A stretch of 63,703 bases of DNA, counting the filler, from Octopus bimaculoides (taxonomy: Eukaryota): the NCBI RefSeq assembly GCF_001194135.2. It is 5 parts of 3 records of this genome, joined end to end, with 100 filler letters (N's around TTAATTAATTAA, not from the genome) between each part and the next. Parts side by side here need not be neighbours in the genome. Positions count along the whole stretch, not along the records: positions 1 to 23,050 come from NC_068998.1; 4 more parts are not named here. One strand, written 5' to 3'. Positions 1 through 13,429 of the stretch are shown in pieces. Position numbers and translations under genes: made by a program. Positions within the stretch are counted from its first letter, which is position 1. Every line of letters begins with the position of its first letter. The notes beneath the pieces are model-generated. The model was not told the origin of the DNA and searched no databases. It was given only the letters and a program-made list of their open reading frames with translations.

Positions 1-236
1 TATATATGTATGTGCGTATGTATGTTTGTGTGTCTGTGTTTGTCCCCCCACCATCGCTTGACAACCGATGCTGGTGTGTTTAGGTACCCGTAACTTAGCG
101 GTTTGGCAAAAGAGACCGATAGAATAAGTACTAGGCTTACAAAGAATAAGTCCTGGGGTCGATTTGCTCGACTAAAGGCGGTGCTCCAGCATGGCCACAG
201 TCAAATGACAGAAACAAGTAAAAGAGTAAAAGAGTA
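1..236 (+). mobile_element. 3' part of tRNA-derived SINE (family A)
   Basis: Near-identical to the 3' half of the full copy at 41627-41997 (cttgacaaccgatgctggtgtgttt...ggtgctccagcatggcc...gaaacaagtaaaagag). Confidence 0.85.
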
Positions 237-739
237 ATTATTTTTGTTGGTAGTTAATTTATAATATATTGATATATATATATATATATAAAACTTTTTC
301 TTCTTTGTTTTTTGTTGGTTTTTTTTTGTAATATTTCTTTCTATTTACATTTTTCCATCATTATTTTAGTCCGTTGCCATCCACTATGGCTGACTGAAAT
401 ATATTCGTTGGACCCCTTTACATTCTAAGTTCAAAAGTTCAAATCTTGCCAAGATTGGCTTTGTACTTCATTCTTCCAATATCAATAAAATCAAATATCA
501 TTCAAATATTGGGGTTTATTTAATTACACATACACTCCTCCACAAAATTTCAGATCTTGTGTATAGTAGAATGAATTGGCTGAATGAGGGATAAAGTACC
601 TTGTAGTCTTATATTTACTCCCAATTACATACTGTGTTCAAATATTGCTGTGGTCAACTTTGACTTTTGTCTTTTTCTGACCAATAAAATACCAGTTATT
701 CTATTGAAATGTCCTTTCTTGCAAAATATATGGCCAAGT

Positions 740-1030
740 GCTTATGCTAGAAGTTGTGGTCTCTAAAGCAGAAGTGGTGTTAACCAACACCTGCAGAATG
801 AGATATATACAGCAATATGTTTGGGCAATGGAGGGCTCTTTTAAAGGCAGGTTGAATAATCACAGATCCTCTTTAAGAATCCAAAAGAGGGGTAATGTCG
901 TAACTTCAACCAGTTATATATGGTGATTGAAAAAGAGGAAACGATGCTATACAAAATCAACTGAAAATTACTGGAACTTTCTGGGCCATGTCTAAATGAA
1001 AGGAGACGAAACATTCTTGGCCATAGCTAC
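740..1030 (+). mobile_element. Degenerate Penelope-like GIY-YIG endonuclease remnant
   Basis: Translation EGSFKGRLNNHRSSLR...TSTSYIW resembles the PLE motif EGxFKxRYNNHxSSF...TxLSxYIW and parallels the element at 59296-60206. Confidence 0.55.
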
Positions 1031-1272
1031 AGGCTGTGTGTGTTACTACAGATTGGATAGAATCTTGTAGATCCAAGCAGAAATACTCTCCCCTCATTTG
1101 TATCTCCCTATGTTATATTCCTCAAATCAATGCCTACTTTGCATTTTGGTTTTATCTTATGAGAATGATTAAATAAGTATCGAACCAATATAAATTTAAG
1201 TAACTTGAACCATCCACTCTAATATTAATGTTATTGTTACTAACATCTTCCCTCTTTTTTTTCTAATTGCAG

Positions 1273-1486
1273 ACATGTCATTTTTGCACCTATGGAACAC
1301 GATGCTTACTCGGATGCTTCTTTCCCTGGAATCAAGGAGTGTATTTGGAAAATAGAAAATGAAAATGCTGATGTTTGGGAAGAGCTGAAGCAGCAGATCT
1401 CAGTTGCTACGTACACAATTCTGACAGCCGCTGAGTCACTTGATGAAATTGGATTAGGGTTTAACAGAGCAAACCATACCGAGTGA
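1273..1486 (+). CDS. FOLH1/NAALAD2-like: Terminal coding exon of a glutamate carboxypeptidase II / NAALADase family gene (transferrin-receptor-like dimerisation domain)
   Basis: Pyrimidine tract and ttgcAG acceptor at 1271-1272, phase 2. Translation (R)HVIFAPMEHDAYSDASFPGIKECIWKIENENADVWEELKQQISVATYTILTAAESLDEIG...TE* matches the GCPII C-terminus [25 protein letters not shown]...WGEVKRQIYVAAFTVQAAAETL. Upstream exons not seen in the window. Confidence 0.9.
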
Positions 1487-1679
1487 TCTGGTGATCCGTC
1501 AAGCCTATTACATCAGTGATCAGAATCCAGAGCTTGTTAACTGAGTGATCCATCAATCAAATATTGATGATGTGGATCACATTCCATGCATTTTTTAAGT
1601 GATCCATCAACGCTAAATCATCATGATTCATGGACTTTACAAAATATTATTTTAGACTATTTTTTAAATCCAATCTTTT

Positions 1680-1735
1680 ATTATTATTATTATTATTATT
1701 ATTATCATTATTATTATTATTATTATTATTATTAC
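1680..1735. repeat. (TAT)n microsatellite
   Basis: Direct reading. Confidence 0.95.
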
Positions 1736-2499
1736 TTTCAATTTTTTATTATTATCTTTTCATTTTTTTCTTCAAATGATCGTTTTACTGAGAGTTGAAC
1801 GAGATATTTGGAAAAAGAGAAAAGAAAAATGATGAGGTGTTATTTAATCCAAAAGAAAACATCGAAACTACACTGGTATATTGGTTAGCTATATAACATA
1901 TTTTCTCACAAGTTTTTAATACCCTAAGGGATCAGTTTTGATCCTACAGATCAATTTCCCCTTCAGTTTGCTACCACAACATAACAGTATAGATACCAAT
2001 TTACTGTCATTAGCTTCCATTCCTTGGTGCTAATTCCTTGGCATTTCCCTACACTCCAAATTTATACAGCTTCAGGTTTTTTTCTGTTATTTCTGGGATA
2101 TTTCTGGGATTATATTCAATGTTTTAGTAAATTATAAACTCTTCTTTTGTTCATTTTCTATATTTGTTTGTTTTTCTCAGGAAGGGGGAAAAAACATCTC
2201 TACTTGTACTTGAGTACATTTTTTTTTAACCTTTTCCAAGTCCAGAGGACTTTTTAACTTTTGAAACTGTCACTAAATGTAGACTGAAACATCTTAAAAC
2301 AGAACTTAAATAGCTGCTCAGATATAAATAGGTTAATATGTATCATCTGAGTTTGTCTCATTAACTATGTGTTTTGTTATGGAGGATATAAATACAGTAA
2401 GTCTTGTGTGTACAAGTGACAAGTATCATCTTACAACAGGACTTGCACATATAGGTAATAAGTGCAATGCAATACACCTAAATGCATCAGTACAAGTAA

Positions 2500-2990
2500 T
2501 ATCTCTAATACAGCAGACCTCACCACACTTGTACAGGTCATATCTGCAATATAGACCTCATCAGAGCTGTGCAAGTGTTGTTATCAAATACATCAAGCTT
2601 CATCATATCTATGACTATCACATCTGCACTTGTTTATATCTGTAATGAAACAGGCCACATCACACCTGTACAGATGATATCTAATGTTGCAGGCCTTATA
2701 ACACTGTACAGGTTATATCTGTAACACAGCAGGTCCTTTCAGTCCAGTACAGATGACATCTGTAATAAAACAGGCCTTACCACACCTGTGCAGATGATAT
2801 CTGTAATGTTGCAGGCCTTATAAAGGTTATATCTCTAGTGCAGCAGGTTCATTCAATCCAGTACGGATAATATATGGAATATGATAGGCCTTATCATACC
2901 TGCAATAGATCAGGCCTCATCATAGCTGTACAAGGAATGATGGCCCCAGGTCCCCACTCTGTGCAGCTGATGATTGTGTTATGGCAGGCT
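2500..2990. repeat. Degenerate ~40-41 bp tandem minisatellite
   Basis: Recurring unit caggccttaccacacctgtacagatgatatctgtaatgttg, roughly 11-12 diverged copies. Confidence 0.75.
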
Positions 2991-3454
2991 TATTTATATA
3001 TGAGATGATTATTAAATACTAGCTCAGCTCATTACAGGAGATTCCAGCAGCCATGGTTAGTTAAAGAGCTGATATGTAGGGAGTTGAAAGGATTAATTAA
3101 TTTTTATTTCAGTTAGTTATCACCTAACCAAATAATAATTTAGATACTTTGAATGTTCACCTGTTGTAATTATCTCTTATTTACAATACATACATATATA
3201 CACATACACACACCTATATATATTCAGTACACACTACATGTTGCTATACTTCTGAAATTATTGCTAGCTCACATCATTTGACTTCAGTCATCAATATTTT
3301 AAAATGATGCAACCATGGAATATTGTTAGTGAGTCAAATATGTCCCTGATGTAAGATCTGTGTGCTGCCCTGCAACATATGATGAGCTTCTGACTATGGG
3401 GGAGTTAGCTTCCCATGATTAATAGTAGTATTAATTTATTTAGAAGGTGACAAG

Positions 3455-3655
3455 CTGATAGGGTCATTAGTAAGCTGGGCAAAATGCTTAGCAGCCTTTC
3501 GTCCATCTTTACATTCTGAGTTCAAATTCTGCCAAGGTCGACTTTGCCTTTCAGGGTCGATAAATTAAATGCAGTGAAACACTGGGATTGATATAACTGA
3601 CTAGTCCTCTCTCCAAAAATTTCAGGTCTTGTGCCTATAGTAGAAAGGATTAATT
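3455..3655 (+). mobile_element. SINE family B
   Basis: aaaatgcttagc...gagttcaaattc (B-box-like)...gtcgactttgccttt...cttgtgcctatagtagaaaggatt; the same unit recurs more than 15 times in the window. Confidence 0.8.
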
Positions 3656-4603
3656 TATTTAGTGTCAACATAATTTATTTAGTGTTAACATAATCTAGAT
3701 AAAATACCTTTTAGTTGGTTTTTGTTAGTTTTGCCTTCTTTTTAAAATTCATACAGACTAGAATTTTAAAACTAATCCTGCTTTTACTTCATTGTTAATT
3801 CAAGTACACAAACAGTTTAGCTAGAATTTAAATCTGTGATTGATTGAATGACTGAAAAAATGACTATGAGGTTAAAGACGTGCTAGAGTAACTTGAAATA
3901 TGGAGATATGGCTAAACAACTAAATACAAAGTAATAAATAACCAAAAGTGATGCCAATGCAATAGCATCATATAACTCATTCATACAATTGAAATGTTTG
4001 ACTGTTATTGAAAAATCGAAGAGAGGCTACATTAACTATCAACCATCACATATCCAGCAAACTACAGTTATTATGTTCAAAGTTTTGGTTAGTTCCACAT
4101 GAGAAATGCTAAATCATAAAATAGTCTGGGAAATCTTTACCATCAATATGCTTATAGCAATAAAATGGAGGGCTGCAATGTGGAAAAAAAAAATAACTAT
4201 GATTTTAGAACAACCTTAGAAATATATGAAAGTCACTTGTGAAGTTTTTCATTGCCAATTGCTTAAGCTGGCTTCAAATGCTACAATTTTTTTTTTAAAT
4301 CTCACAGCTGGTCTGAGAAAATTTTACAAACACACTGCTAGCAGTCATAAAAACAGAAAGATTTTCTATGACAACAGACAACTCAACTTCTGAAAAGCAT
4401 TAAAACTATATGATGGTTGCCATAGAAAAATTTGCTACTATCACACATTTAAGATTCCAGAGCTGTTTAATGCAACTAAAAACTAAGAGAAATTTCCCAA
4501 ACAATATATCAAAAATAATATGTCTGTGGAGCAGAAGATTTGGTTGGCTTATTTTTATTTATATGAATATACACTCAAGCATGTGCACACACACACACAT
4601 ATA

Positions 4604-4657
<54 letters not shown>

Positions 4658-4840
4658 TACATATGTATATTTATATATATATACACACATACATATTTAA
4701 ATATAGATATATATTTTCCTATGTTCATTTATATATATAGGCATACTGTATATACATACTTATATAGATATATATAGCTATATATTAATATATATTTACC
4801 TATGTACGTATATATATATATATATATATACATGCACATA

Positions 4841-7713
4841 TTGAAAGGTAGATCTAGCGAGATTGTAGAGATGCTACAATGGAGACGTGTTGATGTGTGT
4901 TGCGTACAAGAGGTAAGACAGAGAGGAGCTTCAGCCAGAGTGTTCACAGGCAAAGCACATGGGTATAAACTCTTCTGGGAGGGTAATAGTGATGGGCATA
5001 CTTCTTGCAGAGAAATGGGTGGATAAGGTCATAGAGATAGTGAGGATGTGTGATACAGCACTTAAACTTAGGCTAGTCTTGCAGAATGGTATAGCTACAA
5101 TTATCTCTGCCTCTACCCCACAAGTGGGCCCACCAAATGAACAGAAGTTTCACTTTTATGATATTCTTCTGCAGGCTACCTCAAAGATGAGTGACAGTGA
5201 TCTCATCTTTGTGGCTGGAGATTTTAATTGGCATGTCAGACAGCAATCTGGTATCTTCCATGGTGTACATGGGGGTCATGAAGAGGGAACTAGGCTCCTG
5301 GAGTTCTGCGATGCAAATAACCTATTGATCTGCAACACCAACTTCAGGAAGCCTGCTAGCCACTTGATAGCCTATCAATCAGGTGACTCTGCTAGCCAGA
5401 TTGATTTCATTCTCACTAGACAGCAGGATGCATGGTTGCTCTTAAATACAAAGACCCTCCTTGGTGAAGAATGCACCCACCCCTCAACATAGACTAGTTA
5501 TTAGTGACTTTAGACTCGAGGCCAGAAGGATGCCAAAAAGCAGACCAGTCTGGAAAAGAAGGACTTGGAAGCTTAGGAACCCTTCACATGGTCAGAGATT
5601 TAGGGATATCCTTACTGAGGAATTTGATGATAGGGAGGAGGAGCTACAGTCCTGTGACATAGAAGGCAGCTGGGAATTCCTGCGAGACAGCTTACTGTGT
5701 GCCACAGACCAAATCTATGGCTGGTGCAAAGTCCCTTCCAGACCCAGGATAACATGGCAGTGGAACAATACTGTAGACAGGGCCATTAGAGCAAAAAAAT
5801 AGGCTTGGAATGCCTGGAAGAGTGGGGATAGCAGGAGAATGTATCTGATGGCCAAATGGGATGCTAAGAGACAGGTATATATAGCCAAGGGAGTTGCAGA
5901 AAAGAAGTTTGCCAATGTTCAGCGACATAAGGACCAAAGAACTGAAGTATTTCATATTGCAAGACAGTGTGTGAGAGAAAACCGTGATGTCATAGGAGAG
6001 AAATGTATCCACATGGATTATGGTGCCCTTGCGTTTAATGACTGCAAAGAAAAAGGTTTGGAGAAGCCATTATGAAGTGACTGCTGAATGTGGAGAATGA
6101 ATGGGAGGAGGAGAGTCTGCCAAATGTTGACCCAGTTGAGGGACCAGCTATCCAAATCAAAAGCACCCAGGTAGATAAAGCAATTAAAGATATGAAAACA
6201 GGGAAAGCACCTGTCCCATCAGGAATCACTGTTGAGATGCTTAAAATATCAGGCAGTGTGGGTTATGGTTTTGTCACCCACATCATAAATCAGCTAGTTC
6301 ATGAAAGAGTCATACCCAATGACTGGTGTAGCAGCACCATAGACAACTGCTACAAGGGGAAAGGTGATGCTTTAGATAGAAATAACTACAGGGGTATCAA
6401 ACTGCTGGATCAGGTGATGAAAGTTACAGAAAGGGTCATAGTCCAACCAATTAGGGAGAGAGCTTGCCTAGATGAGATGCAGTTTGGTTTTGTGCCAGGC
6501 AGAAGCACCACTGATGCTATATTTCTGGTAATATCTAGCCAAAGATAAACCTCTGTACTTGGCTTTTGTTGACTTGGAGAAAGCCTTTGACAGGGTCCCC
6601 CGATCCCTTATCTGGTGGTCAATGTGGAAACTGGGGATAGACAAGTGGTTGGTAAGAGCTGTACAAGCCCTGTACAGGGATGCTGTCAGTAAGGTAAGGG
6701 TTGGCAATGAGTATAGTGAAGAATTCCGAGTAGAAGTAGGGGTTCACCAAGGATCAGTCCTCAGCCCCCTCTTATTCATTATANNNNNNNNNNNNNNNNN
6801 NNNNNNNNNNNNNNNNNNNNNNNNNNNNNNNNNNNNNNNNNNNNNNNNNNNNNNNNNNNNNNNNNNNNNNNNNNNNNNNNNNNNNNNNNNNNNNNNNNNN
6901 NNNNNNNNNNNNNNNNNNNNNNNNNNNNNNNNNNNNNNNNNNNNNNNNNNNNNNNNNNNNNNNNNNNNNNNAATCCTCTAGGCAATAACAGAGTAATTCA
7001 ATTCAGGCTGCCCCTGGGAGCTCATCTATGCTGATGACCTTGCTCTAATAGCTGAGTCACTGCCAGAACTGGAGACAAAGTTTAGGGTGTGGAAGCAAGG
7101 TCTAGAATCGAAGGGCCTTAGGGTTAACCTAGCAAAAACCCAAGTCTTAGTAAATAGGAAGGCTGTCAAATCACGACCCCCTTCAGGTAGATTGAGCCCT
7201 GCTCAATCTGTAGAAAAGGCATGGGTAGAAACTCCATACGATGTACCCAGTGTAAGCTATGGACACATGAAAGGTGCAGCAATATCAAAGGAAGATTAAC
7301 CAGTAAAATAATCTTTATGTGTGGCAGATGCACTGGGACAATAAACACTAAAGATGTACAGAAAACAGATTCCATCACATGCCAGGGGAAGAAACTAGAA
7401 GTAGTTAATAGTTTCCGCTACCTAGGTGACTAAGTCTGTAGTGGAGATAGCTGCTCTGAGAGTGTAGCGACTAGAGTAAGAATAGCCTGATCAAAGTTCA
7501 GGGAGCTCCTACCTCTGCTGGCAACCATGCCAGTGGCATGTAAAAAGCACCCACTGCACTCTCGAAGTGGTTGGCATTAGGAAGGGCATCCAGCTGTAGA
7601 AACATTTCCAGATCAGATTGGAGCCTGGTGCAGCCTTCTGGCTTTCCAGACCGCAGTCAAACCGTCCAACCCATGCCAGCATGGAAAACGGATGTTAAAC
7701 GATGATGATGATG
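4841..7713 (+). mobile_element. Degenerate RTE-clade LINE (APE endonuclease + reverse transcriptase + 3'UTR)
   Basis: APE motifs CVQEVR, AGDFN, SQIDFIL; RT motifs YRGIKLL, QFGFVPGRSTTDAIF, AFVDLEKAFDRVP, GVHQGSVLSPLLF, YADD. Frameshifts and stops present, gap at 6784-6971, (GAT)n tail. Confidence 0.95.
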
Positions 7714-7834
7714 ATATACATACATATATAGATATATACATATTTACTAATATGTACATACCTCTGTGTGTGTATGTATATATATATATATATAAATAGA
7801 CACACACACACATGCATACTCATATAAACATGCT

Positions 7835-8185
7835 GTGTGTTATGAAGTTTGCTTCCCAATCACATGGTTCTGGGTTCAGTTCCACTGTGTGGCACCTTAA
7901 GCAAGTGTTTTCCTGGGATCAATCAAAGCCTTGGTAGTGGATTTGGTATACAGAAACCAAAAGAAGCCTGTCATATGTATGTATATGTCTCTGTGTGGTT
8001 ATCCTTCACCATTAGTAGACAACCAGTGTTGATGTGTTTATGTCCCTGTAACTCAGCGGTTCGGTAAACAAGACTGATAGAGTAGGCTTAAAAAAAAAAG
8101 TATTGGGATCAATTTGTTTGACTAAAATTGTTCAAGGTGGTGCCCCAGCATGGCTGCAGTCTAATGATTAAAACAAGTAAAAGAC
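7835..8185 (+). mobile_element. SINE family A (diverged near-full copy)
   Basis: gggttcagttcc B box, ggcaccttaagcaagtg core, gtgccccagcatggctgcagt tail. Confidence 0.8.
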
Positions 8186-8205
8186 AAAATATGTATGTAT
8201 GTGTA

Positions 8206-8275
<70 letters not shown>

Positions 8276-9229
8276 NNNNNNNNNNNNNNNNNNNNNNNNN
8301 NNNNNNNNNNNNNNNNNNNNNNNNNNNNNNNNNNNNNNNNNNNNNNNNNNNNNNNNNNNNNNNNNNNNNNNNNNNNNNNNNNNNNNNNNNNNNNNNNNNN
8401 NNNNNNNNNNNNNNNNNNNNNNNNNNNNNNNNNNNNNNNNNNNNNNNNNNNNNNNNNNNNNNNNNNNNNNNNNNNNNNNNNNNNNNNNNNNNNNNNNNNN
8501 NNNNNNNNNNNNNNNNNNNNNNNNNNNNNNNNNNNNNNNNNNNNNNNNNNNNNNNNNNNNNNNNNNNNNNNNNNNNNNNNNNNNNNNNNNNNNNNNNNNN
8601 NNNNNNNNNNNNNNNNNNNNNNNNNNNNNNNNNNNNNNNNNNNNNNNNNNNNNNNNNNNNNNNNNNNNNNNNNNNNNNNNNNNNNNNNNNNNNNNNNNNN
8701 NNNNTCTTTTACTCATTAACTGGCTCCAGACATATTGGTTCAATACTATTATTTAAAATGTACATATGTGCAGTGATACCTTGGTTAGTGTAGGAGATAT
8801 GCTACTAATGCTATATTGCGTCATTTTAACATAGCATGAGATGCAAATTATTATTAAGTGATATGGACTAATATGAAAGTGATATACAGTGTCAAATGAA
8901 GGAAAAATTCAAACTCATTATCACACCTTTTAAGCACTTAGTTTTAGATATCTCTCACAATGTAATGTTATGTACTGTGATCTAAAGTTAAGCTCAAATT
9001 AAAAATAAAACCGTTTAATTAAGATCTAATGTTTAAATCTACCAAGTTCAATAGCACATCCACAAACCTACTCAGTTGGTAAAAAGTTGCGAGAAATAGG
9101 ACAGAAATGGTAATACCAGGGTTGAGTGTCTCACTGTGACAGATCCTCACACAATGATTGTTTTGTTTTTTTTTTAAGAATACATCTAATTCCATCTGTG
9201 TATTCTTGTGCCTTTTTTTTCCACAAAGC

Positions 9230-9650
9230 AATTCACCATTGCATAACATCATGTCCAGAACACTTTGCTTTGCGACTGTGTCCCTGAACAGAATCCTTCA
9301 CACTAAATAGGTCCATGATACCCATATTCTTGAAGATCTCTTGCTGAGGAATTCAGTATTGTAGCTTATTAGTACCATGTGCCTGACTCATCTGAGGTTG
9401 CTCTGTTTAATCTACAGATTTCACAATATAATTGTCTCAGATTATCTTGGTTTGGTTTTCTGTTTCTTCAACAAGTTGTCTGAAATTTCATTGTAATCCA
9501 TGTTTGATTGTAAGTGACTACTTCAACAAGACTACAGGCTTGAAGGGTGTCAAGATTCTGAGGATGATCTGGAACATTATCGATCACCAGCAATTCCACA
9601 AGTTCAAGATTTTGTTTCTTTTTTGCAATATCTTTTTACTGGAGACAAAA
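9230..9650 (-). mobile_element. Tigger/pogo-like DDE transposase remnant
   Basis: Minus-strand translation includes LLVIDNVPDHPQNL, resembling pogo DDE LLLDNAPGHP. Heavily decayed. Confidence 0.45.
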
Positions 9651-9739
9651 TTATGAAACAAACAAATGTGTTTTTGCTATTACCCTCTCTCTCTCTTAAT
9701 CAAAGGGATACTTCAGTTTTGCAGGTTATAAGGTCATCT

Positions 9740-9920
9740 TATTAGTGCTAGTGCCACAAAAAAGCACCTAGTACACTCCGTAAAGAGGTTGGTATTAGGA
9801 AGGTCATCCAGCTGTAGAAATTTTATTAAAACTGTAACAGTGGAGCAAGACATGATCCACTGACCTGTTGGATCCTGTCAAATCAGCCAACCCATACTAG
9901 CTTAGCAATTGGACATAAAA
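9740..9920 (+). mobile_element. RTE LINE 3'UTR fragment
   Basis: ggttggtattaggaaggtcatccagctgtagaaa, shared with 7520-7713. Confidence 0.7.
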
Positions 9921-10789
9921 GGTAAATGAAAAATGGATGCTTGTTGTGTTTCTGAAAGATAAACTAGCACTGGTTCCAGGCATCCTGGTGCATTAATGTC
10001 AAGAAAATAATTTTAATTGGTGTTTTCTGGTCTTGAACCTAGAAGTATTTTCATTCTTCTAAGGAAATGAAACTGCAAGAAGACATTATTGATAAGGAAA
10101 GACTTGTTTCATCTACATTGAATACAAGTTAAAGAGTATAATTTCCATGATTGATAATACTCTTAGGAATCTAGGTAAATTTCTTGGCTGCTTGTCTGCA
10201 TGAGCAAGAATCCTTGTTTCTTACATTTTAGCATACAATTATAATAATGTAGTGCTGTCCCACTGAAAATATTTTCTCCAGGAAAAAAGAATATTATAGC
10301 AAATTAACACTAAACTGGGTTACCACTCAGAAAGTTTTACACTGTGAGTGCGTGTGTGCGTATGTGCATGCGTGCGTGTGTACGTGCATGTATCCTCACC
10401 GACTCTAATGAAATAAGAGAAAGCCATATATCTCCCCTGTAAGAAGACATTATGCACTTGTCCCTCTAGCATACTTTAGCCTCTCAACCCCTGGCATAAA
10501 CACACCTTTCCTTCTCAAATACTCTGCACTCATTTATTCAAAGGGGATTTTTCTTTCTCCTTTTTCTGCTCTTTTCCTGTCTTGTAAGTTACTTGGTGAC
10601 CTCACTAGTGCCAGTAATATGAGAAAAGTACCCAGTACACACTGTAAGGTGGTTGGCAATAGAAAAGGCATCCAGCCATAGAAAATTCAAACTGACATTA
10701 AAGCTCGACGCAGCCCTATGGTTCACTGAATCATATCAAACTATCAAACTCATGCCATTTAGGCATCATATTAATGAATTGAGAAACTG

Positions 10790-11640
10790 TCTCCAGTGGA
10801 ATTTCTGTCAGGTTGCATAAAATATGCTTTGATGTTGATTTTCATGGCTTTTTCACACTATTCTGTCCAGTAGGTCCCAAGGGGTTCATATCAGGAGATT
10901 GGTTTGATCAAGAAACTCTTCAGGTTCTGTCTTTCTTCTGCCAGTCAATGGTCTTTTGGGCTGTGTAGCATGAAGCATCATTTTCTCTAAATGAGGTGTC
11001 ATTTTTTTTTACCTCCAACCATTGGAGGAAATTGGGAAAAGCCCTTTCTGAAAGATGGAGATGTATTTTTCTGACTTTATGTTGCCAACATACCCCACCA
11101 ATTCTGGACGACCAGTACTCCAGATTGCACCCCATACCATCACTGTAAAACTGTCTTGTTTCACAGTTGGTTGCAGCTGATTTAAATCAAATTCTTGATT
11201 CAGCAGTCTCCAGAACCACACACATCCTCTGTCAGAAAATAGTACAAATCTTGATTTGTCCAAGACTATGACAGTTTATCCAGGACCCTATAGAACTCTC
11301 TACCATCTCATTTACCCACTCCTTTCTCCTTTGTATTTTTGATGGTCAAAGAAAAGGTTTTATTTCTAGCCGCTCTGCTATACGGTAGCCATGTTGAAAG
11401 AGATATCTCACAGAAGTACTCTAACTCATTTGGAGTTTGCAGCTACCTTACAACAGGGATTATTTTCAACAATCCACATGCTCAGGTCAACCCGAGTGGA
11501 TGTTGTTAATTCCTTTCCTTTGCTGGTGAATTGTGACTAACAAGAGGAAGCAGAAAGTTTTGAGCCACCCTCAGACTGACCCACAATATGTCCTCTTTGA
11601 AATTCAGACAACTCTTTTGCTTCAGATGTTTGTGGTATGG
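10790..11640 (-). mobile_element. Tc1-like transposase remnant
   Basis: Minus ORFs: VLFSDRGCVW...KQDSFTVMVWGAIWSTG...SEKYISIFQKGL and ENDASCYTAQKT, i.e. Tc1 DDE motifs FSDE, MVWG, QQDNA. Confidence 0.75.
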
Positions 11641-11769
11641 CTAGTTGCTATAAATAATGAATAAACTACTATCTGAAATGAAAAATAGTATGTTGACAAG
11701 TTTGAAACACCAGGCTGTGTCTGCACAGATAAAATGATATTACATCCATACCTCTATTTCTGTATTTAA

Positions 11770-11812
<43 letters not shown>

Positions 11813-12576
11813 NNNNNNNNNNACATACATACATACATACATTCTTGTACTAGTTTTGATATTAGCCATTCACCTGTGGCCATCTGAAGTACTGCCAAGT
11901 AAGTGTATATGTGTGTGTGTGTGTGTGTATATTTTAGTATCACAAGTTGACATAAATAAATAGAAAAAGATTTCTCATTACATAATAGTAAAGTTTACGC
12001 TAATTGACTCAAGCTTTCAGACAACTTTATTGTCAGCTCAAAATCTCTGATTTACACCAAAACAAGATTTCAGTTTTGAATAAATTGTATGTGAGAGGAA
12101 AGATAGTATTTACTCATTCCATAATATGTTGTTACTAATATCACATTATGTTAAGCTGCTGTTTGTGGCACCATACACTGACAATACAGTCTCTATCAAC
12201 TTCAGATTGTATAAGCTTTTATGAAATTGCTCAACATGCTAGGAATAACAGCCAAAACACTTTCTCAAACCAGTATGCAGCTTTGAAAAAGGATTCTGTG
12301 AATAATGCAATCCAGAAATGTATATCTGAAAAACAAGATGGGTTGGTCATTGATAATCGGTTTCTTTGATCAAAGAAAGTCTAGAGCTAAACAACAATTT
12401 CAGATGGTATTCAGGCAGGATGGCTGTGTTGTTACAAATTTCACTTCACACAACTATGTGGTTCTGAGTTCAATCTCACTTCAAAACTCAATGAGCATGT
12501 ATCTTCTACCACAGCATCAGGTTGACCAATACCTTGTGAATGAAATTTGACCGACAGTAATTGTGTTTTGTCAAGC

Positions 12577-12608
<32 letters not shown>

Positions 12609-13429
12609 AATGTCCTGATAGGCAATATTTAAAGAACCAACGTTATCATTTATTGATGGTAGTATATTTGTAACTGATCAAAGAATGATATGGTCAGAGC
12701 CAACACTATCGGCTATGTTTTGTACGAATGATAAGTATTATTGACTGATGCAACACTATCACCTACTGAATAGTGAACTTCTGCACAATATCTTGAACTG
12801 CTACAAGTAACAGCCAAATCTCCCTCAAATCACAAACTATCTTACAAACTGGAAGGTTAGATAATATAGTTTTAGAAATGCCATGTCTTGAAAGATAAAA
12901 TGAAACAGAAAAGACAGTATAATAATTGTTGGAAAACTTTTGAACATAGCTCTTCTGGACCAGGGCTGCAATGATTTCAGAAGCAATTATTTCAGGAGGC
13001 AAGCAAAAAAAAATCATCGATATTAATCTTTCAGTACCATTTTTATATCACCATCAATATTTAAATAGAAAAACATGCATTGAGAATAAATGAGAAAAAA
13101 ATATCAATTCCTCAGTAAAGAAGAAAAAAGAAAATCACAATAATTACAATTGTTATGATTAAAACAAAAGAAAAAAAAAAATTATTGACATAGGTAAATA
13201 CAGATAGAAAGGTTAAAAATGCAAGTTATTTTTTAGTTATTGTATCACCTATTGATGCATCACCTCTTACTAAATCACCAACTGAGAATATTTTTTCATA
13301 AAATACAAAAATTAACAAAAAAAAAAAGAGAATAAATGTTTCCACCCTTTCTCTCACACATTTTCTTAAACAATGATGATGATTAAAATAAGGAAGAGTA
13401 TTAACCAGAATTTTTAACATGTTCTAATG

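Noticed and set aside
1175-1200. cttatgag...atcgaac downstream of the Penelope remnant at 740-1030
   Set aside because: Possibly a decayed hammerhead, but the core (CUUAUGA, GAAC) and stems are too degenerate to support a call.
8128-8793. Long ORFs containing X runs (also 15165-16550, 27605-28192, 42000-42371, 53721-54759, 60212-61054)
   Set aside because: They run through N gaps and microsatellites; artefacts of the ORF caller.
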